From: Phoronis australis
Taxonomy: Eukaryota; Animalia; Phoronida
DNA length: 64,000 nt
Assembly: GCA_002633005.1 (NCBI GenBank)
Contig: NMRA01000350.1
Span: 418,839 to 482,838, forward strand
Direction of reading: 5' to 3'
How positions within the stretch are numbered: position 1 is the first letter of the stretch; every line of letters begins with the position of its first letter. A program made the position numbers and the translations under genes. A model generated the notes under the pieces. It did no database searches. It was not told where the DNA came from and worked only from the letters and a program-made list of their open reading frames with translations. Below are positions 1 to 13,200 of the stretch, piece after piece.

Positions 1-1597
1 ATCCGTAAATTTATACAAACCTCGCAAACGCCGAACTTTACCTGATGCACCGGAGTGAAAACGCCCACCTCACAACTGTAAATTAGTCCCAAATAGAACA
101 AAGTATGCCTAAGGTATGTGCAGTCATTACTAATCACTCAAGCCAATTTTCTGCATCTGTCATAAACATATCGACCTGTAATTCGCAAAAAACAGCGTGA
201 AACAGTCGTATCCCAAAGGAAAACACGCGGGGTAGTGGCAACTCGAACCACCACTTTTTCAGCGATCCTATTGGCAGAAACAAAAGACTGGTGCAAATCT
301 CTCATTATGCACCCGCCTTGTTTATCGTCGACAGATCGATACGCACACATTGTCTTAGAACACTTCAGGAGACTCATGTTGTTGTTAAGCTGTAAATTGT
401 TTCCAATAGTTCGATAACAAACACCTATTCCCATTGAAATCGTTCATTGCCTCTAAAGGAAGCACAAGCATAATAAGCTTTTGAGTTGGCATAGCATCAG
501 TACTTATGGTTTTTATCACTTTTGATTGATTTTGGATTGTATAAATTCAAACTAGAAAAACACAAGAAAACTTTTAACCAAAAGAAGTATGTCCCAGGCT
601 GACCTTGGATAATAAAAACGCAAACATTGCCATGTGACGTATGTTTTCCAGAACGCAATGAACGTAAACAATGGAAACATAAAATGGATTGGGTACAAGG
701 GGCCTCGAAAAACGACTGCATGAGAAATGCTGATTTATTCGAGATGGGAATTCCATTCAGTGACACTATTGGAATCCCTCGGCTACCACCGCAAACAGTA
801 CTTTAAGACATAAGGTATATTATGTAAACAACAAATGCAAAAAGTCACCCTATCGGGTTCCTTGTTATCTCACGTCGGGCGTCCTGAGTAATTCCTTTTG
901 CACTATTGGACAAAGAAATCGAAAACCTGTCGTGAATGGCCAAATCTATGCGAATCGTTGCTGTCGGTGACAACAAGGTATTTTTCCGCTCCAAATATTA
1001 ACCACCCTATCATTCTGTCACCGTGGGCAAAAATTGCTATGGTCACAAAGTTCCAGTGACTTTGAAATAAGTTTACCGTAATAATAATCTAAAAGTTGGA
1101 AATTACTGCCCTAGAAAGTCCATATTGAACAGTGATTTTCCCTCACTTTTGACTTACTTCAGTTTTTTTGCAAAATAACTCCTAACACGTGTAATTTAAA
1201 ATAGATTTGCAGCAACAAATGCCCAAGAATATTCCGCATATTCGAGTAATTAACTTGCTATTGGAAAGACCTACGTGGACAAAAATCAATCAAATGGTCA
1301 ATTTGATCTGATTGTATATGTTTCTTTGTTACTAATACGAACCTTTGTCAACAAAAATCGGTGATCGATACTGGACATCAACTCGTGCTCAGTGCTCTGC
1401 ATATCCACACACCTTATGCTCGTACCATACAGTATGTAGTTGAAATACCACATTCCTCATAACTGATTGTGACTCTTAACAGGTACGACTTAAAATCACG
1501 ATAGATTTAATTCATGTTCTAGCTTAAAAATATTGTAAATTCGGTCTACTAAAACTGTTAACCCTCTAATATGTTTATTGCTTTATTTTCAGGAATC

Positions 1598-4500
1598 ATG
1601 AGTAAAGTCGGAGCAGATTTGAATCCGCGATACTCGGACGACCGATATCGGTATACTTTAACGCATCTCAAAAGTAAGTTGAACAAGGACTTAGAAAAAA
1701 TTACTGTAACTCATCAGGACGCTGTCAAAAAGAAAGAAATACGAATACAGGAACTTGAAAGTGAGAGCGACCTTAAAAACGAAAACATTCTATTACTAAA
1801 CAAGGAAGTTGTTTACGTCAGGAATAACCTGAGGTTCTGTGCGGACGAATTGAAATTGCGCAAAACTGAAAAGGACAATTGGAGAAAAAGATGCGAATCT
1901 TTAGCAATAGACCTAGTCAGAACGGTGGATCATTTAAAATTGTTGGGTGTACTTTCCCAGAAGTCACTCACAAGCCTCGCTAATACCGGACAGAAGTTAA
2001 AAATTGCACATGCCAGTCTTAGGCTGCAGGAGTACATAGCTGAGAAAAATTCCGCTGACAAATATCTTCAAAAACAGAAGAAAGTGTTGAAGGAATCTCC
2101 AACGGATGAAGTAAAAGAAAATGTTCGAAGTTTTGAAATTACACTTGAGCTTTTGAAAGAACAAATTGCAAGTGTGGAAGACATAATAAAGGCAAGGAGA
2201 AGCGAGCTCAGTGGTACTGGCATTGACGACAAAGAATTAGATTCAGAGTTTTGTCGACAGAAGTTAACTTCTGGAATAGATAAATTATTTAGCGACGTTC
2301 AAGAGGCATTGGCGAGCTCGCCGAAATCCACAACAAAATTACCCGCCTCGAAAATTACTGATACTGTGAAGACAACAGAAACTGAAGACAAGGTAACAGT
2401 GGGAACACCTGTTAATGAAGACTTGGTTGAAAAAGTGACAACCCTTGAAAAAGAAAAGAAAGAGTTGTCGTTGGAACTGAGAAAATTGAAAGACGAAAGG
2501 CACAACGCGTCGCCTGTTAGTTTGAATGATAAAGCAAAACCCGTTCAAGAGGTGTTTGTGTCGTTTCAGACTAACATTGCTGAGCTGACTTCTCAACTGG
2601 CTGAAATGAACGTCCTTCTCGAGACAGAACAGGAAGCTAACGGAAAGTTGGAGCAAACAGTCGCCGATCTGCGCACTGAAATCGAACAAATTAAGAAGCA
2701 GGGTAGTGATGAAGATGGGGTGAAAGAGAAGTTGGAAAAGGATGTCCAAGAATTGAATATCCTTTTTGATGAAGAAAAAGAAACCGTAGTTCGACTCAAA
2801 GAAGAGATTGAAAAACTTCAGACTGAATGTACAAGGTTAGGAAAACAAAACACGGGTTTATTAAAGATGAGAAATGAAGCAGCTACCAAGAAAAAGGAGA
2901 TGGATTCTGAAACAGACGACCTAAAAAAGACACTAGAAAGTGAACGAGAACTATTAAAAACATTAAAAGAAGAGAAAAATAAACTTTATGCAGATAATAA
3001 ACAGCTTAAAATGCAAGTTATTAACATTCAGAAACAAAACAAAGAAGCTGAAAGCGAAGAAAAGAATTTGTCGGAATTGGAAGAACTAAGGGTTCATTTT
3101 GAAAAAGAAAGACTTGCTTCATCTGTTCTCCGTGAAGAAAAAACCAAGTTAAATACAGACATGCAGAAGTTGCGAAAACAGGCCCAACGGCACGCAGATG
3201 ATATTGCGTCGCGGACCAAAGAGCTTGCTGGCATAAAAGAGCATTGTAGAACTACGGATGATAAGAACAGAAAACTGGAAGCAGATGTGAAGCAACTAAC
3301 AATTCAAGTGAAATCCTTGGAGAAACAGAGGTTAAAGACAAGTGGATTGAGTGGAGAGCTCCAAGAAACTAACGCTCTGTTGGAACAGCACAAAACAACA
3401 ACGTTAAATTTGCAAGACGAAAACAAAAAATTAAGAGCAGAAACGGGCGAATTGCAATTGAAACTTTCAACGTTAAATAATGAAATGGAGTCCCAAATCA
3501 ATAAATTAAAGTCAGAGCTTCAAGAAACAAAATCTAAGCGTGACTACGAAAAAAACGAAAACAGACAAACACAGCAAACTGAACTTAAAAATGGGACTGT
3601 ACCTTTGACGAGCGGTGCCGCGGCTAGCGACGACCTAAGTAAACTCCAAGTGCAGCTGGAACGAGAGATACAGGCAACACAAGGGTTACGAAACGACAAT
3701 ACTCTGCTGAAGACGGAGAAAAAGAAGTTGCAAGAGACAATAGACCGATTAAACGGGGAGCTTACATCTATCTCACATGCCGTTCTCAAAGAAAAGGAAG
3801 AGACTCGCAATGCCCAAGATGAATCTAGGAAGCTTCAAAGCGATTTAAAACAAGCCGAAATTAAGATGAAATCAATGGAACAACAGAAGGTAAAATCGAA
3901 GGGAAGTAATGGCAACTCTGAAATTTCGGAACTAAATAATTTGTTGGAACAGGAGAAGAAGATCTCTGAGTCCTTACAAAACGAGGCAAAAGAGTTACGT
4001 CAACTGCAACTTGACATGACCAATAAGCTAGAAGCTTTGGAGAAGCTAAAGAAAGAGAACGAAGGTAGATTGAAGAGACAAAAATCTGAAGCAGATGAAC
4101 TGCAAGCGACTTTGAATAAGGAGAGAGAGGCTATAAAATCTCTTGAATCGAAAGTCAAGAGATTAAAGACGACAGAGGAAAAGTGTGAAAAATTAAAGAA
4201 GGATGTAGACGATGGCTTGAAAGCTTTACAAAAAGAAAAGGACACGGTTCAGAAAGCAAAAGAGGAAAACGGTGTCCTATTAGAGCAGGTAAAACAGCTC
4301 ACTGAAGAAAGTGCTGAACTTAGCTCTGACAAGAATAAAATAAAACGATTGCAGCGAGAAACCAAAGATTTGGAATTGAAATTAAAACAACTTGAACAAG
4401 ATAAAGAGACTGAGATTGCAGAGCTCAGTAGAGATAAAGCAGAGGCAGAACAAAAGGTGGCGTCGCTGTCTAAAGAGCTTGATGAAAAGAAACTGTATCT

Positions 4501-4885
4501 AGAACAAACAAAAGGGAAATCTGAAGACTTGAATATAGCCAAAGAATCGATCGCAGCAGACATGACTATATTGAAGCAGAAGAAAGTAGAAGCAGAAGAG
4601 CGAGTCAAAAGTCTCTCTGCTGATGTAAAAGAGCAAAAGTTGCTTTTGCGCAAGGCACAAGAGAGGATGAACGACGCAAACATTGAGAAGGAACAGCTTT
4701 ATGTTGACAACAAACAATTGAAAAAGCAAATCAAAGCATTACAGGAAGACCTCGCAAAACAACAGGCGGAGGGCAAGGGTTCGGATGAGGAAAGGGCTAA
4801 ACTAGAGGAAGAGCTTAAATCAGTGAAACAAAACCTCATGAAAATGAAAATGATTTTTGCGGCGATGAAACAGAAAGGAAAATAG
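1598..4885 (+). CDS. Large K/E/L-rich coiled-coil protein, about 1095 aa, single coding exon, family unknown
   Basis: Uninterrupted 3.3-kb ORF with heptad composition. The track's ATG at 1571 lies in a polypyrimidine acceptor (ctttattttcAG, 1591-1592), so the likely start is ATG 1598 (MSKVGADL). Stop TAG at 4883-4885. An upstream coding exon cannot be excluded. Confidence 0.88.
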   Translation: MSKVGADLNPRYSDDRYRYTLTHLKSKLNKDLEKITVTHQDAVKKKEIRIQELESESDLKNENILLLNKEVVYVRNNLRFCADELKLRKTEKDNWRKRCESLAIDLVRTVDHLKLLGVLSQKSLTSLANTGQKLKIAHASLRLQEYIAEKNSADKYLQKQKKVLKESPTDEVKENVRSFEITLELLKEQIASVEDIIKARRSELSGTGIDDKELDSEFCRQKLTSGIDKLFSDVQEALASSPKSTTKLPASKITDTVKTTETEDKVTVGTPVNEDLVEKVTTLEKEKKELSLELRKLKDERHNASPVSLNDKAKPVQEVFVSFQTNIAELTSQLAEMNVLLETEQEANGKLEQTVADLRTEIEQIKKQGSDEDGVKEKLEKDVQELNILFDEEKETVVRLKEEIEKLQTECTRLGKQNTGLLKMRNEAATKKKEMDSETDDLKKTLESERELLKTLKEEKNKLYADNKQLKMQVINIQKQNKEAESEEKNLSELEELRVHFEKERLASSVLREEKTKLNTDMQKLRKQAQRHADDIASRTKELAGIKEHCRTTDDKNRKLEADVKQLTIQVKSLEKQRLKTSGLSGELQETNALLEQHKTTTLNLQDENKKLRAETGELQLKLSTLNNEMESQINKLKSELQETKSKRDYEKNENRQTQQTELKNGTVPLTSGAAASDDLSKLQVQLEREIQATQGLRNDNTLLKTEKKKLQETIDRLNGELTSISHAVLKEKEETRNAQDESRKLQSDLKQAEIKMKSMEQQKVKSKGSNGNSEISELNNLLEQEKKISESLQNEAKELRQLQLDMTNKLEALEKLKKENEGRLKRQKSEADELQATLNKEREAIKSLESKVKRLKTTEEKCEKLKKDVDDGLKALQKEKDTVQKAKEENGVLLEQVKQLTEESAELSSDKNKIKRLQRETKDLELKLKQLEQDKETEIAELSRDKAEAEQKVASLSKELDEKKLYLEQTKGKSEDLNIAKESIAADMTILKQKKVEAEERVKSLSADVKEQKLLLRKAQERMNDANIEKEQLYVDNKQLKKQIKALQEDLAKQQAEGKGSDEERAKLEEELKSVKQNLMKMKMIFAAMKQKGK

Positions 4886-6594
4886 TCTGACCGAATTTGT
4901 TTTCTGTTGAGTCAGCATCAATTCTACAATCTAGCTATGCCATCGTTGGGTCGATCTTGAATTTGCATGATGTTTTTTCTGGTATTTTCGCATGTATTTT
5001 ATTATTTGATTTTCATTGTATCAGTCTTCTTTGTAGCACTAGCAATCAACTGCCGATACGATTATGTAGCATACAATACACCTATTTGTCAATAAGTGCA
5101 CAACTCTGTGGGCTTGATCTAATCTTGCACTATTGCCATCTGCACTCCAGTTTAAAATGTAGAGTTAGAGGAAAGGGTGATTTTGTAAGATGTTGTTGAC
5201 ATGTGAATTTATATTATGATATAATGCGAATGATCCAGGCCTTTTAGTTTCAACGGATTGTTTATTGTGTTAAGACATGGCCGCCTTTGGACTTAACAGA
5301 AACGTAATTGATTGCAGGAGAAAAATCAATAGCTCGCGTTTTACGATTGTGAGCGAAACAGTTATTTCGTATTTGTAGTAAATTAAGGCACTATAAGTTC
5401 CAATAGTTCAGTGCCAAAGTCATTAACACTGAAGTGCTGAATTGGTGAGGGTCACTAACACGAAAACTTCCGGTTGTGATTTGAATCTCGATTTTTCCCA
5501 ATATAGTACATGCATGATAGTTTTTGAAAAGACGTTGTATTTTATTTTCTGCAAGGAAGAGTTCGCTCAATCACCAATTGTTGAACCAGCAAAGGCACTG
5601 GTCCATTTACGACGACGATTTTCTCTTCACGAAACTTTTATTAGACTTATAACGCTATCTGTTCTTGAAAAAACACGCAGTAAAAATCAGATGCCTTATT
5701 GGGTTGACACGACCATCCCGCCGAACGTTGGGAAAACCAGTACAGGACGGCGCTTCATTGAAACTCAACTAGCTCAATATATGGGATAGACACGTCAACT
5801 GGCTAACGCAGTAATTGGCTTCTCATTAAAATTCCAGTCTCACGAACCACTTTGTTAATCATCGATCAGGATAAGTTCACCTGCGTTCGGCGAGTGCGAA
5901 TTTTTGGTTTTGGCGAAAGTTATAAACATTTGAGTTGTGAGCTTGGCGGTATCTAATGAATATTTTAGATTGTGATAATTATGCACTTGATGGTCGATAT
6001 GCGTGTAATAGCCAAATACGGGAATCGAAGCTTATGTGGAGGTCTAGGTTTGTATCTGCAATTTAGTGACCCACTCAGGACCCTGCCTGGTAGCCAAAGG
6101 TGCTCCATCTTGAAAAATTATGTAACAGAATTTCAGCGTCCGTGATGCAGAGAACATTTTTGTGGTTACCAGTGGTAGTAAATTGTAACGTAAGGGGAAG
6201 AAGGTGAACCTCATGGCGACTGGGACATCTCTAAGAAACCCTTAGTCCGGCACTATGCCTCCATTTGTTATTTATAACTGTTTTGTACCAGTTACAAACA
6301 TGATTAGACAAACTATTATTACTATCATAGTTCGGGAATTATGGAAGCAATGAATCGGATTTCTGTTGCATTCGGCCAACAATATTCGAGGACATGCACG
6401 TATGGCCCACATACCTTTCATTACGATAACTATGCCCTAATTTAAAACTCCCTCAAATCTATAAGCTCCACGTAGTCCCTTTTCGGTTTGATATCTTTCA
6501 AAGCAGATGTCAATCAGTTTATCATTTGGGAATTCGCATATGGGACTGTGTGGGTCAACAGACGCTACCGCAGTCATTTTGTCACTTCATTACT

Positions 6595-6922
6595 ATGGGT
6601 GCAGTCGCATTGCGTATTCTTGCGTATTTTGTGGCCGGTTGTGTCTACGCATTAGGTGCACCGAATGAAATTGTACTCGACCAGCTAATACAAGAGTACG
6701 AGGAAAAGATTCTTGTCCTCGAGCAATCCATTCGCGATGTGAAAGCCCAAACAACGGCCTTGGACCAGGCGTTGTCGCACAAAGAAAAGTCTTTGCTTAA
6801 CTGTCAACAGTACTTGCAAGATGGTTATTTTAGAATGGCTGAGGCTGGTATTATTGACAAGTACGACCAGTTGATATCAGCGCTTGGAGTGACGGTAGAC
6901 AAGATTCATCCGGACTACAGAG
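6595..6922 (+). CDS. Discoidin gene exon 1 (signal peptide and coiled coil)
   Basis: MGAVALRILAYFVAGCVYALG hydrophobic leader, then heptads IQEYEEK-ILVLEQS-IRDVKAQ-TTALDQA-L; donor AG|GTACAT, phase 1. Confidence 0.8.
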
Positions 6923-7170
6923 GTACATGTACTCGTGTTACTAAAGGCTAATAACGCGCTGTTAAAATCGCTTCTATATCGTTATATGGTTAACATCTTA
7001 AAAAGTAAGTATAGGCTAGGCCTACCTACCGTTCTCGGTTCTATTTTACCAGAGATCTTGAAAATGGACATGAATCAGATATGCATATGTGCAGCTGGAA
7101 ATTCTTGACAAATTGAGATATTTGTCTCACGGTGAAAGAGTGTGGTCTTAAGAAATCAGACTTGGCAGAA

Positions 7171-7218
<48 letters not shown>

Positions 7219-10200
7219 TAAGAGAACTATACAGATCCGGGGCATTTTTATATATGAAACCTTTACTGTGGGGTTGCAAAAAATTGTGGGGTATATATAA
7301 TGCCCCACAATTTCAGACCTATCAGAAACTGTTCTTTGGTATGCACAGTGTCTCCACGTGTATTCTCTCAACAACTTGGTTTCATAAGAACATCCTATAT
7401 ATAACTCTGATCAGGCCCTCCCAAAAGATGTCACTGTTAATGAGTGCCCTGCTCCAGACAGTCATATGTGACCTACATTGGTGCAGTGTTATGTAATGCC
7501 CATTAACTTAGTTGACCTTCCACTGTAACAAGAATCTGAGGTTTTGATTTTAGTGTTATAGAGTTGGAGTTGAACATCCGTTTCAGAGTTTGAGTTGAGA
7601 CACGTTTTACTTCGTTTTATCTGAAATGAGTATGTTTGAGTAGAAGATGGTACATTCAAGATCCAAGTCTATGGTAAGTCTTTCAAATTTCTTAATATTT
7701 TGATTATTTAAGTTATTGCAAATTCATGTATTAGACTGGCATAATCATGGCTAACATGTATTTGGCAGTGTCCTACAAACTATTTCTAATGCAGAAGATG
7801 CGGTCAAATACTCGCATCTGTCCCTCCTAAAAATATTTCAAAATCTAACCACCCCTTTATTATGAGCTGAAGAATGTCTTTTACTATAAAAATTCAAGAG
7901 AGTTGTAGATTTCTTTGCTTTGTATCGCTGAGAATTCTTGCACTTCGTAAGATTTTCCAGATTCACTGCGATATGGTACCTTTTCTAAGAGAACTCCTTA
8001 CAATTAAATGGGTGCCCTTTCAATAGCGATTCTCCTACGAAATTCGTCCATTTTGTGGACTGGAACGCTACAAAAGGCCCTCTAAGATGGAATCCCAGTA
8101 TCAAATGGATAAGCAATAACTATGCATATAAAAAATTTTAATAAGAAGCATTTACACTAAAACATATCGTGAGGCATTGAGTCAAATCACTCATAAAACT
8201 TTTGCAGTTTGGTCTGGTTATCGTAAATGTCAAGCACAAACTTTTCATTAAAGAATATTTTACACTTCAAACAAGCGTGAAAAATTAACGACCAAAGGTA
8301 TAGATATGCTGTGATGTTTGCCCAGTTCTTTAAATGTGAGTATCTTCTTAATGAAGCATGAAACAGTTCATGTTTTCACATTGATTCAATGTGAGGGGTC
8401 TAGTATCAACCTTAGATCCTTTTCAACCCTTACATGAAGCCTTTGAAATCAGTGTCTGAAAACCAAATCTCAAACTTGAAATGGGAAATTCCAGGGTTAA
8501 ATAATTTCCTGAAGTTATTTTGTGTGAGTTGCCAAATTATACAGGTTCTCAAATCTTTACTAACTATGTGCCTAGAATGTGTATTCACTAAATATATTTT
8601 CTGTTGTCATTAAAAGGACGGCACAAACACTAGAGCAGCAGGTGCTGGATAGATCACTGCATTTATAATTTGTTTCAGATGAAGAAGTGAGGGAGTGCCG
8701 TTTTCGTCACAAGGTGTTCAGTTCTGCAAAAATAACCATGAATTTACTCTGATAGATCGTCTGAAAGGTATTTCTTGCAACTAAAATTACTTGTTTTTCA
8801 AATTTTACNTACATGACATACCTTTCAGACGATCTATCAGAAAATTCTTGATTATTTTAGCAGAACTGAACACCTTGTGACGAAAACAGCATCGATCACT
8901 TCTTCATCTGAAACAAATTATAAATGCAGTGATCTATGCTGCACCTTTACATTTGCATTCATTTGTTTGGCTTACTTAAATATTTCTTCTAAATTTCCAT
9001 TAACATGAGTTTGAAAGTTTTTAAGTTATTTTGCTACATTAAATGGGTCACCTAGTTAACAATAAATATGTTGCGAAGAAAACTGTTGCAAATAACGAAA
9101 TGTGCAATATGCTAGTTGATGTATGTCTGAAAAAGAGGCTCATATGCTGATGGAATAAGGATCAAAATGACTCTAATGAAAGAATTAAATCAAAGTAGCC
9201 ATTAATTATGACCTCGCACTCATGAGTTTAAAAACTTAAAATAGTGGACACCTTGCAGAAATGTGTAGAATCTAAGAAAATGTGTAATATGTATGTTTCC
9301 CATAATACTTCATTTATGTGAAACTCACACTCCTACTTAACTCACCCATGTGAAGTTGCATGTTTCCTTACTCTGAGAAAACAAGCACCAAATTCTATCT
9401 TCATCTGTGTCATTGTCACTTGAACTGAAAGGAGTGACAACAGTCTCATCTGGAAAAAATCAAAACTGTCAATAGAAATGAAATGTTGTCTATAGGCCAA
9501 AGGGTCTTCAGTCCGAAAACAATAGGAACTATAGCCCGAAGAGTCAATAGTCGGAATAGAAAACTTGTTAATAGTTTTTTTACATTATTCTGTAATATAC
9601 GGAGTTAAATGTCTTCAGGATTTCAATTAATTTTACACCATTTTCTCCATCTTTTAAAATTCCGTAGAGCTGTGTGAAGCAGGCAAAGCTCTCTTTCGTG
9701 AGATTGTGGTTATTCAATGAAAAACAACCTGAACAAGATACATGTACGAACACTTAGTTTGATGATTAAAAATATTCTAGGTGGCTACCGAGTTGGTAAC
9801 GACAGATAAAATTCCCCTTAATTTTACAGTGCTGTAGTGATAAAATAAGAGGTAAGCAGGCACCCTTCGTGTCGCTTTTAGCGCTGATTTTTAATAAAAA
9901 AGTGCATTGAACTCACAAACATGTAGGCATTTATTTTGACTCATGAGTAGGTATTCACATAGAGTCCGCAGTGGCAGATCTTGGATGTCGGAGAAAAAGG
10001 TCAAACAGCACATTTTCGAAAGCAAAGGTCCGCGTGCATTCCAAGTGGTCTCAGAAGGGGGCTCAAGCACAATTATAAAAGAAAATAGAAGCGTAACGCC
10101 CAGAAGCGATACGGTGGCAGTGACTTTCAGTCGCCCGTGGGGTGTGTCCTCAGGGCCCTTCGCCACCCCCCCCCTTTATTCACCTATGTATGTGACACCA

Positions 10201-13200
10201 TAACTATTTCTTTATCTTGAAATATTAATAAAAATTCCATTAATCGGCGAGCATACATGTATGCCTGGTGGTTGCGCGCACCGAAAAGTTCATCAATAAT
10301 GCCGTCATCGGCGTAGCGCATTGATGGCGTAAGTTATCGCCTTGGGACTACGCCCCACTACACCATCACCTACGGCTCGTAGACCCTACATGAACGTTAA
10401 ATTAAAAAAGTGGTTGCTACGATAAAATGTAAGAAGGTGGTTGGCTGCAAGTACATCCCACGTACACCATAACTACCGGTGGGTAGGCGCTATGTTGAAC
10501 AGCACAAAGGTAGTTGGCTGCGCCTACATGCACCTATGCCCCACTACAGCACTGTCAGACTATTGACCAATCGACCCAAAGACCCTTTGGACCACTCCAT
10601 CCCTTGTTAAATCATTTAAGCAGACATCAAAGTTACTAAGAGAATTCTAAGATCATCTATATTTTTAAGTATTTTTTTCATAAGGTCTGGACTGGTGTAT
10701 GTGCCCTCTTTTTAATGACAACAGAAAATATGTTTAGTGAATACAAATTTTAGGGACTTGGTTAGTAAAGATTTGAGAACCTGTACATTTTGGCAACTTA
10801 GACAAAATAACTTCAGTAAATTATTTTACCTTGGATTTTCCCATTTCATGTTTGAGATTTGGTTTTCAGTCACTGATTTCCAAGGGCTCATTTAAGAGTT
10901 AAAAAGATCTAAGGTTGATACTAGATCACTCACATTGAATCAATGCCAAAACATGTACGAACCACAGCTTCTTGCTACATTAAGTAAAAACTCACATTTA
11001 AAGAACAGGCAAACAACACTGCATATTTATACGTTTGGTCACTAATTTTCCAGGCTTGTTTGAAGTGTAAAATATTTTTAAGGAAAAGTTTTTGGTTGAC
11101 ATTTAGGACTGGACCGGACCAAACTGCGAAAGTTTTATGAAAGATTTTACATAATTGCCTCACGATATGTTTTAGTGTAAATGCTAGTTTGTACATTTGC
11201 TTTTCCAGTATTTACTTCTTGTTAGAATTTGTAATATGTACAGTTATTTCTTATTCATTTGATCGATGGGTTACATCTTAGAGGGACTTTTGTAGCGTTG
11301 CAGTCCACAAAATGGACGTTTTTCTTAGGAAAATCGGTACTGAAAGGACACCCATTTGTAAGGAATTCTCTCAGAAAAGGCACCATTTCGCAGTGAATCT
11401 GAAAAATCTTACGAAGTGCAATTACTCAGCTCATAATACTAAGGGGGTGGTTAGATTTTGAAATATTTTAGGAGGGACAGATGCGAGTATTTGGTCGCAT
11501 CTTCTGCATTAGAAATAGTTCCTAGGACTCTATTAAAAGCATGTTAGCCATCCATAATCACCACTCTGATACATGACATTGCAATTACTTTTATAATCAA
11601 AATATTATAGGAATTTGAAAGACTTACCATAGCCTTAGATCTCGGATGTACCATAGACTTAGATCTGGGATGTACCATCTTCCACACAAATATTCCTTTT
11701 TCAGATAAACCGAAATAAAACTTGTCTCCACTCAAACTCTAAGATGATGTCCAACCCCAACTCTATTAACACTAAAATCAAAACCTCAGACGCTTGTTGC
11801 AGTGGAAGGTCAAGTAACATAATATCCTCCATGGCCATTACATAACAATATGCCAATGTAGGTCACATATGGCACTCTGTAGCAGGACATGCATAATAAC
11901 AGTGACATCTTTTGGGAGAGACTGCACAGAGTTATATATAGGATGTTGTGATGAAACCAAGTTGTTGAGAGAATACACGTGGAGGCACTGTGCATACCAA
12001 ATAACAGTTTCTGATAGGTCTGAAATTGTGGGGCATTATATATACCCCACAATTTTTCGTAACCCCACAGTAAAGGTCTCATATATAAAAATGCCCCGGA
12101 TCTGTATAGTTCTCTTAGTATATATATATATATATATATATATATTCGGATTAACTTTTGTGTACCGGAAATGTCATTTTCAGTTTATAGCCATTGACTA
12201 GGGCATGTCTACAGTGACATGTTTCATCATCAGCGCCGAACCGTTCTCTTCAAAATCCTTGGTTCAGCTTCATGTAGGTCACACGAGAACCCTAGTAATG
12301 GCACGCAAAATATGACGTAGGTCCTGGAGTGCGCCCTGTGCGTAGGCTTACTATCTCAAAAATTTGGATATCACGCAATTCTCTGTGGGACATCGTGAAG
12401 CAGCACAAGCGACACACGTGCTCTAACTAAGCTTTCTCTGGGGTCAGCTTGAGTTACTAATATTAACCCATGTGTGTTGTCCGCATGTAGATACCAGCGT
12501 GGTGACAAAAGCCTCATGTGATAGAGAGCCGTACATAGCGCCTCTGTCGGGGACTTACTTGTCGGCTTCCAGCAGGGCAAGTCAAAATGCTGACAGTAGG
12601 CACTCGTATCTTCACTACAAAAAGTCTAAGAAGTGGGAAGTGGAGGCATGGATCCCGCATTATCAAGACAAAGATCCTTGGATTCAGGTACCATACATGT
12701 ACATGTACACATATTGAATATAAGAACGTTGTGCACACGGACTTACAGAAGAATATAGATACATACATAATGTATACGTATTTTGGTTAGCGAAACCTAG
12801 ACAAAAGGGACTTTTAATCAAAATGAATAGGTCAATTGAAAAACAGTGGTTAAGATTATGTAAAAACCTAGAAAAACTCCTGAAAATCGTATCTCAAAAA
12901 TATCTGATCGGGTTCATAAGATATTTTCAGATACCATGCTTTATGTACATGTGTATTGTTTTTGAAGACTGTATTAAATAATGGTTTTTAAAATGTTCCA
13001 CTTTTGCCTGAGGCGCTTAGGACTTTCGTAATATTCATGATGAAATATTAAGTTGCCTATAACGACAAGGAATTGATATTTTTAAACAGTAACATCTTTT
13101 TTGAGATCTCGTCTTGAAAATTTACATCAAATTAAAATTAGCCATGTCATTGATGCCGTTCTCTTGCCATCAATGTATCTTTCGTATTTGCTACATTTTA

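Noticed and set aside
1571-1597. Track start MFIALFSGI for the coiled-coil gene
   Set aside because: It lies within a polypyrimidine splice acceptor; ATG 1598 is more plausible.
2299-4729. Minus-strand S/F/L-rich ORFs
   Set aside because: Antisense shadows of the K/E-rich coding strand.
1598-4885. Naming the protein myosin, SMC or golgin
   Set aside because: No motor, Walker, hinge or GRIP motifs are visible; the similarity would be compositional only.
7156-12201. Paired similar ORFs at 7156-7496 and 11810-12201 as duplicated genes
   Set aside because: They are mirror translations of the inverted-repeat arms, and some run into the TA tracts.
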